From Waterburya sp. (GTDB lineage: Bacteria > Cyanobacteriota > Cyanobacteriia > Cyanobacteriales > Xenococcaceae), in NCBI GenBank assembly GCA_965217895.1, contig CBDCJV010000002.1, forward strand, positions 1,728,001 through 1,792,000: 64,000 nucleotides of DNA, written 5' to 3'. Below, piece after piece: positions 20,935 to 31,220 of the stretch. Each line of letters begins with the position of its first letter. The first letter of the stretch is position 1. The notes beneath the pieces are model-generated. The model searched no databases, was not told where the DNA came from, and saw only the letters and a program-made list of their open reading frames with translations. Position numbers and translations under genes: made by a program.

Positions 20935-21225
20935 TTTTAGATTGAGCCAGATTCTTTTATTCTCAATATTACAAATACCCCATCTAGTCTTCATTTTTTT
21001 CACTCCCCAGTCATTAACTGATATTACGCAGCATGGGGTCATGGAGTAGTGAGTAAGGAGTATAGAGAAGTGGTGGAGTGGTGGAGATAGTGAAGCCAAA
21101 CTACCCCAAACACCCCGCTACCCAGTCTTCATAGATCGATAAATGCGTAACACCAGTTATTAATGCTGACATTGATAACCCGCTCTCATCTAGCTATCAG
21201 GCTAGGAAGTTCTGTTTTAAGCTGT
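20935..21225 (-). pseudogene. M48/YgjP (DUF45) metallopeptidase fragment split by a MITE
   Basis: KTELPSLIAR*ERVINVSIN | DWGVKKMKTRWGICNIENKRIWLNL. Confidence 0.7.
21016..21158. mobile_element. 143-bp MITE, copy 1
   Basis: TIR AACTGATATTACGCA / TGCGTAACACCAGTT, flanked by ATT/ATT; near-identical to 30744-30886. Confidence 0.85.
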
Positions 21226-21226
21226 T

Positions 21227-21655
21227 TTAATTTAATGGTATTGCTTTGACTTTTTTTGTTGCTAGAACTCTAATTTTTACCACTAGCTCATTCTGCATTG
21301 ATTCGCTACTTCCTTCCAAAGCTGTTTGAGGTTTTGCCATCACATCTACTGCCCCAGCCTTCATCACTTCATAGATATTGTCTATATCAGACTTTTGGAC
21401 ACTATTACTCAAAACCAAAATTGGGGTAGGACAATTTGCCATTACCTGCCTGGTAAATTCTAAGCCATCCATTTGAGGCATTTGCAGATCGGTACAAATT
21501 ACATCAGGTTTAAGATGAGAAACTAATTCTAATCCCTGTTTACCATTTTCAGCTTTACCAATTACTTCGATATGGGGAGAAGAAATTAGCATTTTTTCGT
21601 AGATATTGATTGCCACAGAGGAATCTTCGACTAATAAAACTTTGATTTTTGCCAT
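21227..21655 (-). CDS. Response regulator, CheB-like receiver domain only (copy 2)
   Basis: VEDS, PDVICTDLQMPQMDG, AGAVDVMAKP; stops before any methylesterase domain. Confidence 0.85.
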   Translation of the reverse strand: MAKIKVLLVEDSSVAINIYEKMLISSPHIEVIGKAENGKQGLELVSHLKPDVICTDLQMPQMDGLEFTRQVMANCPTPILVLSNSVQKSDIDNIYEVMKAGAVDVMAKPQTALEGSSESMQNELVVKIRVLATKKVKAIPLN

Positions 21656-21717
21656 GATATTTACCCTAATTTAATGTATTTATTCTTCGATTTGATCTGT
21701 AAAAAAAGCTTTAAGCT

Positions 21718-22146
21718 CTAAGCTAAAGGAATTGCACTAACTTTTTTTGTTGCTAAAACTCTAATTTTGACGATTAGTTCATTTTGAATTGATTCAGAAT
21801 TACCTCCAGAGGCAGTTTGAGGTTTTGCTATCACATCAACCGCTCCAGCTTTCATCACTTCATAGATATTGTCAACATCGGACTTTTGGACACTATTACT
21901 CAAAACCAAAATTGGAGTGGGATAATGTGCCATTACTTGCTTGGTGAATTCCAAGCCGTCCATCTGAGGCATTTGTAAATCAGTACAGATTACATCAGGA
22001 TTGAGTTGAGAAACCAAATTCAGTCCTTCTTTCCCGTTGCCAGCCTTACCAATTACCTCGATATAAGGAGAAGAATCTAACATTTTTTCGTAGATGTTGA
22101 TTGCCACAGGAGAATCTTCAACTAATAAAACTTTGATTTTAGACAT
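21718..22146 (-). CDS. Response regulator, CheB-like receiver domain only (copy 1)
   Basis: Same motifs; 21 of 142 residues differ from the neighbour by my count. Confidence 0.85.
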   Translation of the reverse strand: MSKIKVLLVEDSPVAINIYEKMLDSSPYIEVIGKAGNGKEGLNLVSQLNPDVICTDLQMPQMDGLEFTKQVMAHYPTPILVLSNSVQKSDVDNIYEVMKAGAVDVIAKPQTASGGNSESIQNELIVKIRVLATKKVSAIPLA

Positions 22147-22147
22147 A

Positions 22148-24616
22148 TTAATAACTAGTTATTAAAGTAGAATGAATTAATTGATTGAGGGTATCAAACA
22201 AAACTTGTTGACTAAAATTACCCTTAGTTAAATAGGCATTTGCGCCTGCTTCGTGACCACGACGTTTATCTTCATCAGATGCCAAGGTGGTGAGCAGCAC
22301 AATTGGTAATTGCTTATATTTGCTGTTTTGGCGAATGCTGGCAGTCATTTCCAAACCATTCATCTTGGGCATTTCCACATCGGAAAGCACAATGTCAAAA
22401 TCTTGTGCTTGAATTTGCTGTAAACCTGCCAAACCGTCTTCAGCAACCACTACATCGTAACCAGCACCTCTTAGAGAACGCTGCATTTGAGTCCGAATAA
22501 TAATCGAATCTTCTACCAGCAATAGTCTATTTTTGGCTATCTTTGTTTCCACTGGGGGAGAAACAGCTTGCCAGCTACCATTTCTCAATGAATGAAGCAG
22601 ATCCCAAGGGTTGAGAATCATACAGACTTCACCACTACCCAAAATAGTTGCTCCTGTAATATTAGGAATACGTTTGAGTAATTTACTTTGGGGTTTAATA
22701 ACTATGTCTTGTTGATCTACTAAGTCATCGACAATTACGCCAAAGCGATCGCTACCAGTTTGGAGAATAATGCAGAATAGATTATTCTTTTTTTGAGTGT
22801 AGTCTTCTAAAGTAGGCAACTGGAGTAAATTTGCCAGCCAAGCTATAGAGGTATGTTGATTTTCAAAGGTAATAGTTGGATTATCTTCAATTTCATATAT
22901 ATCCTGACAAGAAAGAGTAATCATAGTTTGAATGAACTCTAAAGGCAGAGCATAGGTAGTTTGATTGAGATTGACAATCAAAACTTTGGTAGTAGCTAAA
23001 CTAGTGCTTAGGCGTATCTGGAATTTGCAACCACTGCCAGGAGTAGAAGTTACCTGAATTGAGCCTTTTAACCTTTCTACATTGGCTCGAACCACATCTA
23101 AACCGACACCTCTACCAGAAAGCTCGGTAATTTGAGTACGAGTAGAAAAGCCCGAAGCAAAGATTAGAGATTGGATTTCCGATTCACTCATGGCAGCTAA
23201 TTCGGCTTCAGTACGCACTCTTTTTCTAATAGCCGTGGTGCAAATACTTTCCAAATCTAAACCCCGTCCATCATCGCTAATTTCAATCCCGATGCTGCTT
23301 CCTATTTGATAGCCTCTTAAGATTAGGGTGGCTTTTTGGGGTTTACCCTGAGCGATACGTTCTGCTGGAGTTTCAATACCATGATCGATCGCATTGCGAA
23401 CAAGATGCAGTAAAGGATCTTTGATTTCTTCTAATATCTTTTTGTCGGCTTTAGTATCTCCCCCTACAATCACTAGCTCAATTTCTTTGCCCTGTTGTCT
23501 GGCTAAATCCCTTACCATACGGGGATAAATATTAAATACCGTAGACAGGGGTAACTGCCTTAAATCTTGAATTCCTGACTCCAGGCGATCGGCTATAATA
23601 TCTAAACTGGAGACATCTTCATCGGCTCTGACTTTGAGATTATTAACTAAGTTACCCAAAGAGTTTAAACGCTGTTGGTTGCTGTTCAAGAAAGAGCGCA
23701 AGGGTTGAAACTGTTCTGAACTCAGGTTTGGTTCAAGCTGGGCAAAGATCTTGCTCTCATCAGAATTATGCTTACTCCAGCCTTCCCAAAGAGCTAACAT
23801 CTGCTCGATTTCCGTCATCTGCTGAAAAATACGCAGTTTGGTAACTACTAACTCACTGGCTTGAGTCATTAAGGTATCTAGCTTTTGTGGCTCAACCCTA
23901 ATGGTATCAATTTGATAGTCTTTGGCGGTTGTACCTGCTGTTACAGGCTGGTTAAGATTAGCTGCAACTACTACATCTGTATCTTCGAGTGGTTCTGGTT
24001 CGGCTACTGGAGAATCATCGGCAAATAAATCTGCTTCAGAACTAGTGTGATCTTTAAATAAATCAACATTATCTTGCTCGCCAAATAGATCTACTTCAGA
24101 ACTAGTGTGATCTTTAAATAAATCAACATTATCTTGCTCGCCAAATAGATCTACTTCAGAACTAGTGTGATCTCCAAACAAATCATCTTGATCGGCAAAT
24201 AAATCTGCTTCGGAGTTATTAACAGATTCAGAAATATCTGCTGCACCCATCAATGATGCCAGCACTTCAAACGTATTAACTTTTACCTCATCTCCTGTAA
24301 TTGCCTGATGAGAAAGTTGATTGACAGCATCAATACCTTGGTACAGGCGATCGCATAATTGGGCAGTTATTTCGCTTTTTCCTGCTTTAATGCCTTCAAT
24401 ACAGTCTTCTAGCTGATGCACCAGCATCTCGATATCGTTTAACCCCAGCATCCGTGAATCCCCTTTGAGGGTATGAGCTTCCCGCAAAAATTCTTCGATT
24501 GCTAAACTATCCTGGGGATTTTTCTCCAAGATCATTAAGTCGGCTTCTAACTTTTGTAGGTGTTCGCTACTGGAGGTTTTGTAAAGCTCTCTTAGCTCTT
24601 CGTCTTCTATATACAT
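22148..24616 (-). CDS. cheA: CheA-like hybrid histidine kinase (Hpt, dimerization, HATPase, CheW, REC)
   Basis: AHTLKG, HLVRNAIDHGIE, DDGRG, SGRGVGLDVV, C-terminal DVEMP receiver. Confidence 0.95.
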   Translation of the reverse strand: MYIEDEELRELYKTSSSEHLQKLEADLMILEKNPQDSLAIEEFLREAHTLKGDSRMLGLNDIEMLVHQLEDCIEGIKAGKSEITAQLCDRLYQGIDAVNQLSHQAITGDEVKVNTFEVLASLMGAADISESVNNSEADLFADQDDLFGDHTSSEVDLFGEQDNVDLFKDHTSSEVDLFGEQDNVDLFKDHTSSEADLFADDSPVAEPEPLEDTDVVVAANLNQPVTAGTTAKDYQIDTIRVEPQKLDTLMTQASELVVTKLRIFQQMTEIEQMLALWEGWSKHNSDESKIFAQLEPNLSSEQFQPLRSFLNSNQQRLNSLGNLVNNLKVRADEDVSSLDIIADRLESGIQDLRQLPLSTVFNIYPRMVRDLARQQGKEIELVIVGGDTKADKKILEEIKDPLLHLVRNAIDHGIETPAERIAQGKPQKATLILRGYQIGSSIGIEISDDGRGLDLESICTTAIRKRVRTEAELAAMSESEIQSLIFASGFSTRTQITELSGRGVGLDVVRANVERLKGSIQVTSTPGSGCKFQIRLSTSLATTKVLIVNLNQTTYALPLEFIQTMITLSCQDIYEIEDNPTITFENQHTSIAWLANLLQLPTLEDYTQKKNNLFCIILQTGSDRFGVIVDDLVDQQDIVIKPQSKLLKRIPNITGATILGSGEVCMILNPWDLLHSLRNGSWQAVSPPVETKIAKNRLLLVEDSIIIRTQMQRSLRGAGYDVVVAEDGLAGLQQIQAQDFDIVLSDVEMPKMNGLEMTASIRQNSKYKQLPIVLLTTLASDEDKRRGHEAGANAYLTKGNFSQQVLFDTLNQLIHSTLITSY
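24020..24211 (-). repeat. 60-bp in-frame tandem repeat in the CheA linker
   Basis: DHTSSEVDLFGEQDNVDLFK twice plus partial units. Confidence 0.9.
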
Positions 24617-24695
24617 AGTTTTGCTCAGAAAATTATGGTAAAAAGCTCTAAAAACTAAAGCCTATAGCTTATGGATTAGAGCCTATAGCTACAAA

Positions 24696-26054
24696 TTAAA
24701 CAATCGCTTTTAATTCTTCGGTGAATTTTTTCAGTTGGATTGTCGAAGCCCTGACATTTTCCATATCTGCTGCCGTATCCATTGCACCCAAATTAAGAGC
24801 GTTAACTGCTGCTAGAATTTCTTGAATACCTACAGCCTGTTGTTTGGCTGTGTTAGAAATTTCAGAGGTGTTGGCAAATACACTGTTAACAGCTTCCTTC
24901 ACCCCAATAAATGATTCGGCTGTACCTAGTGCCAACTTAATACTAGATTCGGCGGTTTTCTTCCCTTCATCGGTTACCATTACCGCACTGTTCATTGCTG
25001 CCTGTACATCTGTAACCAGGTTGTTGATTTTGTCCGCAGACTTACGACTTTGATCCGCTAGTTTCCGAATCTCCCCCGCAACTACCCCGAAACCTTTGCC
25101 GTATTCCCCTGCCCGTGCTGCCTCCACCGCTGCGTTGAGAGCCAGCATATTTGTTTGGTTTGCCAAATCACCTACAAGTTCAGATACCCCAGCAATTTGT
25201 TCTGTTTGTTCACTCAGGTTGATAATTTGTTCGGCAATTTCTCTTACTCTTTCTTTTAGGCTTTCCATCCCTGCTCTAGTTTGATCTACTGTTTGCGCTC
25301 CAGTTTCTGCCAGAGAGAGAGCCGTGTTGGCACTTTTTGCCGATTCTTCAGCTTGAATTGCCGAGCGTCTTGAGGTTTCACCTAACAAATCTACCGTAGA
25401 AGTGGTTTGGCTGACGGAACTTGCCTGTTCGTTAGCTACCTTTTCTTGGTTCTCTACTTTAGAGGCAATATCATCAGATGATTGAGCAATATGGTTGGTA
25501 AATTGATCTAAAGTATTGGTAATTCGCCGTGAACCCGCGATAATTATCGCTAGAATGATAAAGTTAAGTAATGCTACCAATAGCTGAATTCTTTTTAACT
25601 GTCTGACACTGGTGGCTGAGTATTCTTCGGCTGCGTTTACTGCTGCGTTGGTTAATTCAAATAATTTTTCGCTCTCTGCCAAAAGAGCAGCACGGTCAGC
25701 TTCTGTAGGTCTGGTTCTTACCTGCTGAATTAACTCTTTACATTTGTTCCACTGTGCTTGAGCCTCTTGCATTCTGGCGATGTAGGCTGTATCTGTAGCT
25801 TGGGGCAGTCCTAATTCTACGTTTCCATTAATTAAGCCATCAATTAGGTTATTTAACTTAGCAATCAGCTTATCATTGGGACTGTTAGAAAGTTCTAGCT
25901 TAATCGCTCTTTGTGTAGCCCCTCGAACCACACCAGACTGGTTAATAACTTTAGAATCAGATTCGGAAGACTTAAGAAAAATAACCCCCAAATTGGCTAA
26001 TACAATAACTCCAATTCCAAATGCACCTGCGGTTAACTGGGTTCCAATTTTCAT
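24696..26054 (-). CDS. Methyl-accepting chemotaxis protein with PilJ/NarX-like sensor domain
   Basis: Two TM segments around [13 protein letters not shown]; signalling tip [27 protein letters not shown]. Confidence 0.9.
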   Translation of the reverse strand: MKIGTQLTAGAFGIGVIVLANLGVIFLKSSESDSKVINQSGVVRGATQRAIKLELSNSPNDKLIAKLNNLIDGLINGNVELGLPQATDTAYIARMQEAQAQWNKCKELIQQVRTRPTEADRAALLAESEKLFELTNAAVNAAEEYSATSVRQLKRIQLLVALLNFIILAIIIAGSRRITNTLDQFTNHIAQSSDDIASKVENQEKVANEQASSVSQTTSTVDLLGETSRRSAIQAEESAKSANTALSLAETGAQTVDQTRAGMESLKERVREIAEQIINLSEQTEQIAGVSELVGDLANQTNMLALNAAVEAARAGEYGKGFGVVAGEIRKLADQSRKSADKINNLVTDVQAAMNSAVMVTDEGKKTAESSIKLALGTAESFIGVKEAVNSVFANTSEISNTAKQQAVGIQEILAAVNALNLGAMDTAADMENVRASTIQLKKFTEELKAIV

Positions 26055-26099
26055 GAATTTTCTACCTATATAATTTAATTTAGTTAATAAAATATCTAC

Positions 26100-27143
26100 T
26101 TAAGCTGCTAGTTCTACCGTCAACGCTCCTTGGGCGAGTATTTTTGCTAAGTCAATCACGTTCAAAGGTCGATCTTGATAATTAGCAGTACCTTGGAGAT
26201 AGCTTGCTGTCTGAGAATTGATAGCAGCAGGCACAGATTTTAGTTCTTCTGGACGCAAATCGACTATATTAAAGACCTCTTCTACGGCAATTCCCGCTAC
26301 TATATTGCCAACCTCAATCACTACAGCTTTAAAGGACTGATTATTGTCCATTACCTCTAAATTCAAAGGCTGACGAATATCTACCAAGGTCAGAATCTCT
26401 CCTCTCAAATTCATATTGCCAATTATGTAATTTGGGCAGCAGGGAATAGTCATAACTCGCTCAATTTTGGTAAATTCTCTGACCATGCTGAGATCTAAGC
26501 CAAAATAATCGCCATTGATGCTGACGACTGCCAGAGAAATTAACTCAGTTGGTTCATCGTTATCGATAGCTTCTCCCAGGTTGGCAGCACGTCGAGACAA
26601 AATTTCTTTAGTATTGAGGGAGGCTGCGGGAAAATATCGCTCGTAAAAGCCACTTGCTGAGGATTTTGCTTCTAATTGTGACTCTTGGGCATCAATTAAT
26701 GCTTCCAAAGTATCGGGATGTCGAACAAGATTATCTACATTAAGGAGCATAATGATTTCGTCATCCAGATTAATTACCCCTTCAATAAAAGCTTGGTTAA
26801 TCTTTTTTTCTCGTCCATAATCTAAATCGACTTGAATATATCGATCGTCAATTTCATTAATTGTTTCAACCTGATGAACTACTACTCCTACCTGCAATCC
26901 TTGAGACTCCAGGACAATAACGCTATCGGTAAGATTGCACTGGTTAAACTTATGACCAAAACGGAGATCTAGGTGCATCACTGGCACAAATACAGAATGT
27001 AGATTGAGCAAGCCAACAATATCTGGTGGTGCTTCGGCGACGGCGGTTAATTCTGGTAATAAGAATATTTCCGTAACTTCTTTAGCGGCGATCGCATATC
27101 TGGTATTATGTAAGCTAAAAATTAAATAGGGCTTGGTTGCCAT
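26100..27143 (-). CDS. cheW: Tandem double-CheW protein
   Basis: Two CheW domains (IVGLLNLH; IIGNMNLRGEILTLVD). Confidence 0.92.
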   Translation of the reverse strand: MATKPYLIFSLHNTRYAIAAKEVTEIFLLPELTAVAEAPPDIVGLLNLHSVFVPVMHLDLRFGHKFNQCNLTDSVIVLESQGLQVGVVVHQVETINEIDDRYIQVDLDYGREKKINQAFIEGVINLDDEIIMLLNVDNLVRHPDTLEALIDAQESQLEAKSSASGFYERYFPAASLNTKEILSRRAANLGEAIDNDEPTELISLAVVSINGDYFGLDLSMVREFTKIERVMTIPCCPNYIIGNMNLRGEILTLVDIRQPLNLEVMDNNQSFKAVVIEVGNIVAGIAVEEVFNIVDLRPEELKSVPAAINSQTASYLQGTANYQDRPLNVIDLAKILAQGALTVELAA

Positions 27144-27166
27144 CTTTTCTTCCTCACCTTCGGTTA

Positions 27167-28354
27167 TTAGTTACTAATGTATTGACGAACAACTTCTCTA
27201 AGCTCATCTGGCTCAAACGGCTTGGTCAAATATTTATTTGTACCAGCGATATGTCCTTTTGCCTTGTTTAATAAACCATCTCGCGCTGTCACCATAATGA
27301 TTGGTAAATCTTTGAACTTAGTAATTTGTCGAACAGTCTTGCAAAACTGTAGTCCGTCAATATCAGGCATTGTTAAATCTAATAACAGTAGCCTGACTGG
27401 CTGTTGATTTAGGATTACCAAAGCGTCAATTGCTTTATCTGCAAGTAAGACATTGTATTGATCTTGCAAAGCGCGTTTAATTGAGGTTTGAATAATTGGA
27501 CTGTCGTCAACAGATAAAATTATTGGTAAATTTTCTCTATCCTGAGATCGATTATCAACAGCAGGGGTAGATGATTTTGATACGGTTGCCGTTTGATTAG
27601 CTGAAATTCCCATCGGAGTTTGAACAAATTTTACCCAGCCATTGTTAGCCCAATCAAAATAATTTTTAGCTACGATCAACGGATCTTTTGTCATCTTGTC
27701 AGCAATATCAATCAAAGTTGATTTGCCATCAACTGAATTTTTTAAATGTTCTATGATTTGAGAATTACCAATCTGTTTCTGTTGAGCAGTAACCACAGGA
27801 ATAGCATTCATGTCAGGAATATGGGCAGCATAACTTTCCCATTTCTGCTGACGTTGAACTAATTGTTTTTTAATCTCAGACCAATTTAAGCCATGATTAT
27901 CTTCGTCGTAATCAAGATCGAAATCTTTGCTTTCTTGCCATTGAGCTATCCCAGAGTAAGGTAAAAATCTTTCTAAAATTAAAATGACTTTATTGGTAAT
28001 AAAAGTTTCTACCTCTTGCCAAGTAAAGACTCTCATTCGACAAAGTAGTCCTACTGACTCTTTAATCGACGTAAAATTGCCAATTTTTTCACTGGCTACA
28101 GACAAGGCAGCATTGATCAAACCAGGATTTAATTCCTCACCCAACATTTTGCACAGTTCTTTGTTGTTTGGAATCTGTGAAATATTTATGTCTCCATAAA
28201 CCAATGCTCCTTCTCGCAATACTAAGATGCAGGATCTTTGATTTTGCCAAGCGTCAACTTGAGTTTCTAAGCTTAAAAACCCACTGGTTTTTTGTTTAAA
28301 TAAGGAGTCGAGAATAGAACTTAGCTGCTCTGATTCATACTTTTTTGAGGACAT
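27167..28354 (-). CDS. PatA-type response regulator (PATAN + REC)
   Basis: N-terminal TSGFLSL PATAN-like region; C-terminal VDDS, DLTMP, TKPF. Confidence 0.85.
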   Translation of the reverse strand: MSSKKYESEQLSSILDSLFKQKTSGFLSLETQVDAWQNQRSCILVLREGALVYGDINISQIPNNKELCKMLGEELNPGLINAALSVASEKIGNFTSIKESVGLLCRMRVFTWQEVETFITNKVILILERFLPYSGIAQWQESKDFDLDYDEDNHGLNWSEIKKQLVQRQQKWESYAAHIPDMNAIPVVTAQQKQIGNSQIIEHLKNSVDGKSTLIDIADKMTKDPLIVAKNYFDWANNGWVKFVQTPMGISANQTATVSKSSTPAVDNRSQDRENLPIILSVDDSPIIQTSIKRALQDQYNVLLADKAIDALVILNQQPVRLLLLDLTMPDIDGLQFCKTVRQITKFKDLPIIMVTARDGLLNKAKGHIAGTNKYLTKPFEPDELREVVRQYISN

Positions 28355-28731
28355 TGTTATTTTTTTTTACTTGAGCAAGCAAAAAGCAATTAATAATATC
28401 GATTAAATTAATTATTGCTAAAACTATAATTCCCAAAAAAGCGACAAAAATAACAACATAAACACGCAAATATTCATTGTTGTTATTTTTACTCTACAAA
28501 TAGAATTATTAATAACAAATTGTTATCAATGAGATGCGCTTTAATTAATATTAATTAAGACAATTAAGCAAACATTACAAAATTAGGGCTTACGCAGTGA
28601 AACGAAAACTTTACAGAGTGACAGAAAAAAGATAAGCTTGAGTATTAGGCGATCGCCATAATTAATTTTAGATATTTTTAGAGCGATCCGTAGCCTAATC
28701 GCTCTTTTGAAGACATAGAATCAAAAGCTAT

Positions 28732-29682
28732 TTATTGATATCCGATTAGTTCCTGATTATTCCAATTAAGGGTATCACCGATCTGTTTACCGTCATGATA
28801 GGCAGCTAGTATAACTTCGCTAGTTTTACCCCAAGAAATAGTACCATCAGCAGCGATCGCAATTGCGCCTAAATCTCGATGACGACTGCGAGATTCGCTC
28901 ATAGATTTTTTCATGGCATCGGCTAAAGACATACCATCGGTAACGCGAATCACAATTTTGGCAGCTAAACATTCTTCCATAATGTCTTCACCAATTCCCG
29001 TACAGCTTACCCCAGCCGAGGCATCAGCATAGTTACCTGCGGGCATAGCAGAATCGCTCACTCGACCAATTCTTTCTAATCCTTTGCCTCCTGTGGAAGT
29101 TCCTGCGCTGATTTTACCGTTTTTGTCGAGAGCAACCACACCAATTGTTCCTTTACGTGGCTCGTGAATTAATGCCTGTTCGGCAACTACTCCCGCCATT
29201 TTTTTATCAAAATTCTCATTCCGTTCCTGCATCCATTCTTGCAGGCGAATTTCTACTAAAGGATCGTACTTAGGCACGTGCAGTTCTCGCAGCAGTTCAA
29301 ACGCACCATAGTCCGACAATACGCGATCGTTTTCTCCCTGCAAAAACTTCGCCAGTTCAATCGGATGTCTAACACGGGATACATTAATGATCCCGCTAAA
29401 ACGTTGCTTCGAGCCATCCATCAAACCAGCACTCATACGTATCTGTCCGTCAGACTGAAGTACAGAACCTGTACCTGCATTAAAAATTGGTTGATTTTCT
29501 AACAGTCTACACCCCAAAATAACAGCATCCGTAGCACTAGCTCCATAAGCGAGTAAATCATATACTTCTTCCACAACCGAATGAAGGGCTTGGCGGACTA
29601 CCGCCTCACCCTTTTCACTCCTGATATGCCCTCCTGCGCCACCGTGAATAATTAGCTTGGGCTGTACTTGATTAGCTGACAT
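28732..29682 (-). CDS. iaaA: Isoaspartyl peptidase / plant-type L-asparaginase
   Basis: IIHGGAG, FNAGTGS, nucleophile GTIGVVALD, TSTGG, GRVSDS. Confidence 0.9.
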   Translation of the reverse strand: MSANQVQPKLIIHGGAGGHIRSEKGEAVVRQALHSVVEEVYDLLAYGASATDAVILGCRLLENQPIFNAGTGSVLQSDGQIRMSAGLMDGSKQRFSGIINVSRVRHPIELAKFLQGENDRVLSDYGAFELLRELHVPKYDPLVEIRLQEWMQERNENFDKKMAGVVAEQALIHEPRKGTIGVVALDKNGKISAGTSTGGKGLERIGRVSDSAMPAGNYADASAGVSCTGIGEDIMEECLAAKIVIRVTDGMSLADAMKKSMSESRSRHRDLGAIAIAADGTISWGKTSEVILAAYHDGKQIGDTLNWNNQELIGYQ

Positions 29683-29750
29683 AAATTAAATTGCTTTACT
29701 GAAAATTAACAACCGCATTATTGTAGATGGAAGCCCTGCATAAATGCTGT

Positions 29751-29912
29751 TTATGATTCACTATTATCAGATTGTTTGCGACGACGACAGCGATCTGAGC
29801 AATATTTAACGTCGTCCCAACACTTTGACCATTTTTTGCGCCAGGTAAAAGGGCGATCGCATACAGGACAAACTTTTGTAGGAAGATCGGATTTTTGACG
29901 CTGACGAGGCAT
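29751..29912 (-). CDS. DUF2256 family small protein (53 aa, absent from ORF track)
   Basis: Hand translation [53 protein letters not shown]. Confidence 0.9.
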   Translation of the reverse strand: MPRQRQKSDLPTKVCPVCDRPFTWRKKWSKCWDDVKYCSDRCRRRKQSDNSES

Positions 29913-29974
29913 ATTCTAGGGGATATAAGGAAGAAACAGTTTTATTATTACTTAAAAATTGCTAATTTAAAATA

Positions 29975-30745
29975 GTGGAAAACTTGTTGTCGAATATTAG
30001 AATTGTGCTGGTTGAACCTGCGGGAGAATTAAACGTAGGTTCAGTTGCCAGAATTATGAAAAACATGGGTTTGACTAAACTGGTGTTGGTCAATCCTCAA
30101 TGCGATCGCCATTCTGAAGACGCAAGAAGAATGGCAGTACACGCGGTAGATATCTTAGAAAATGCGATCGTTGCCGATAGTTTACCCCTTGCCTTGACGG
30201 GTTGCCAAAGAGCGATCGCCACTACCGTTCGTTCTCGTAGTGTACCAATTAAGCTAGAACCTGCCCCTACAGTACTTCCTTGGCTACTGACACCTAATGT
30301 ACAGTCTGCTTTACTCTTTGGTGCAGAAGAAAGAGGCTTAAGTAACGATGAATTGAAATATGCCCAAAGGTTTATTTCCATTCCGTCTAATCCTGATTAT
30401 CCTTCCCTCAACTTAGCTCAAGCAGTAGCTATTTGTAGCTATGAACTGTATCAGACTTGGCTAAAGCTTAGTCATAGCCCTGAAGAAGCAACGTTTGCCG
30501 ACCAATCTCAAGCTATATTAGAATTAACTCCCAGCCGTGCATCAATAGATGTATTAGAAGGTTATTATCAACATCTCGAATCAGTACTGCTAGAAATTGG
30601 CTATCTGCATCCCCACACCGCCTCTGTGAAAATGGAAAAATTTCGTCGTTTGTATAATAAAGCCAATTTGCAACCAGAAGAGGTAGCAATGCTTAGGGGG
30701 ATTTTGCGTCAGGTTCGTTGGGCAATTAAAAATCAATCTGGATAA
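29975..30745 (+). CDS. trmJ: tRNA/rRNA methyltransferase, TrmJ family
   Basis: NVGSVARIMKNMG, LFGAEERGLSN, SLNLAQAV (SPOUT). Confidence 0.85.
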   Translation: MENLLSNIRIVLVEPAGELNVGSVARIMKNMGLTKLVLVNPQCDRHSEDARRMAVHAVDILENAIVADSLPLALTGCQRAIATTVRSRSVPIKLEPAPTVLPWLLTPNVQSALLFGAEERGLSNDELKYAQRFISIPSNPDYPSLNLAQAVAICSYELYQTWLKLSHSPEEATFADQSQAILELTPSRASIDVLEGYYQHLESVLLEIGYLHPHTASVKMEKFRRLYNKANLQPEEVAMLRGILRQVRWAIKNQSG

Positions 30746-30886
30746 CTGATATTACGCAGCATGGGGTCATGGAGTAGTGAGTAAGGAGTATAGAGGAGTA
30801 GTGGAGTGGTAGAGATAGTGAAGCCAAATTACCCCAATTACCCCACTACCCAGTCTTCACAGATCGATAAATGCGTAACGTCAGTT
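30744..30886. mobile_element. 143-bp MITE, copy 2
   Basis: Same TIRs and internal GGAGTRGT octamers as 21016-21158; overlaps the trmJ stop codon. Confidence 0.85.
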
Positions 30887-31220
30887 AATAATTTATAGTC
30901 ATTGCGATTAATTGCTGACGCTCACTAATCACACCAATATTGACATACTCTATACATCTAAAAATCAGTAATTCTACTAGTGTAATTTGCGAGAGAAACA
31001 TTACATACTATTCATGACCGCAGATTATATCGTTTATCATTCAAAGTGCGGAATATCTAGCTAAAAGAGTTAGACTAAGCAAAATTGAACAATTGTGAAC
31101 CATAATGTCAACTGTTTTTGGCTGATGAATTCTAAGTATTTAGTTAATACACGAGAACTGATATGAACCCCTCATAATCTGGCTAAAGTCATTTTGTAAT
31201 TGTTTCCCCAGGAGTTAAGA

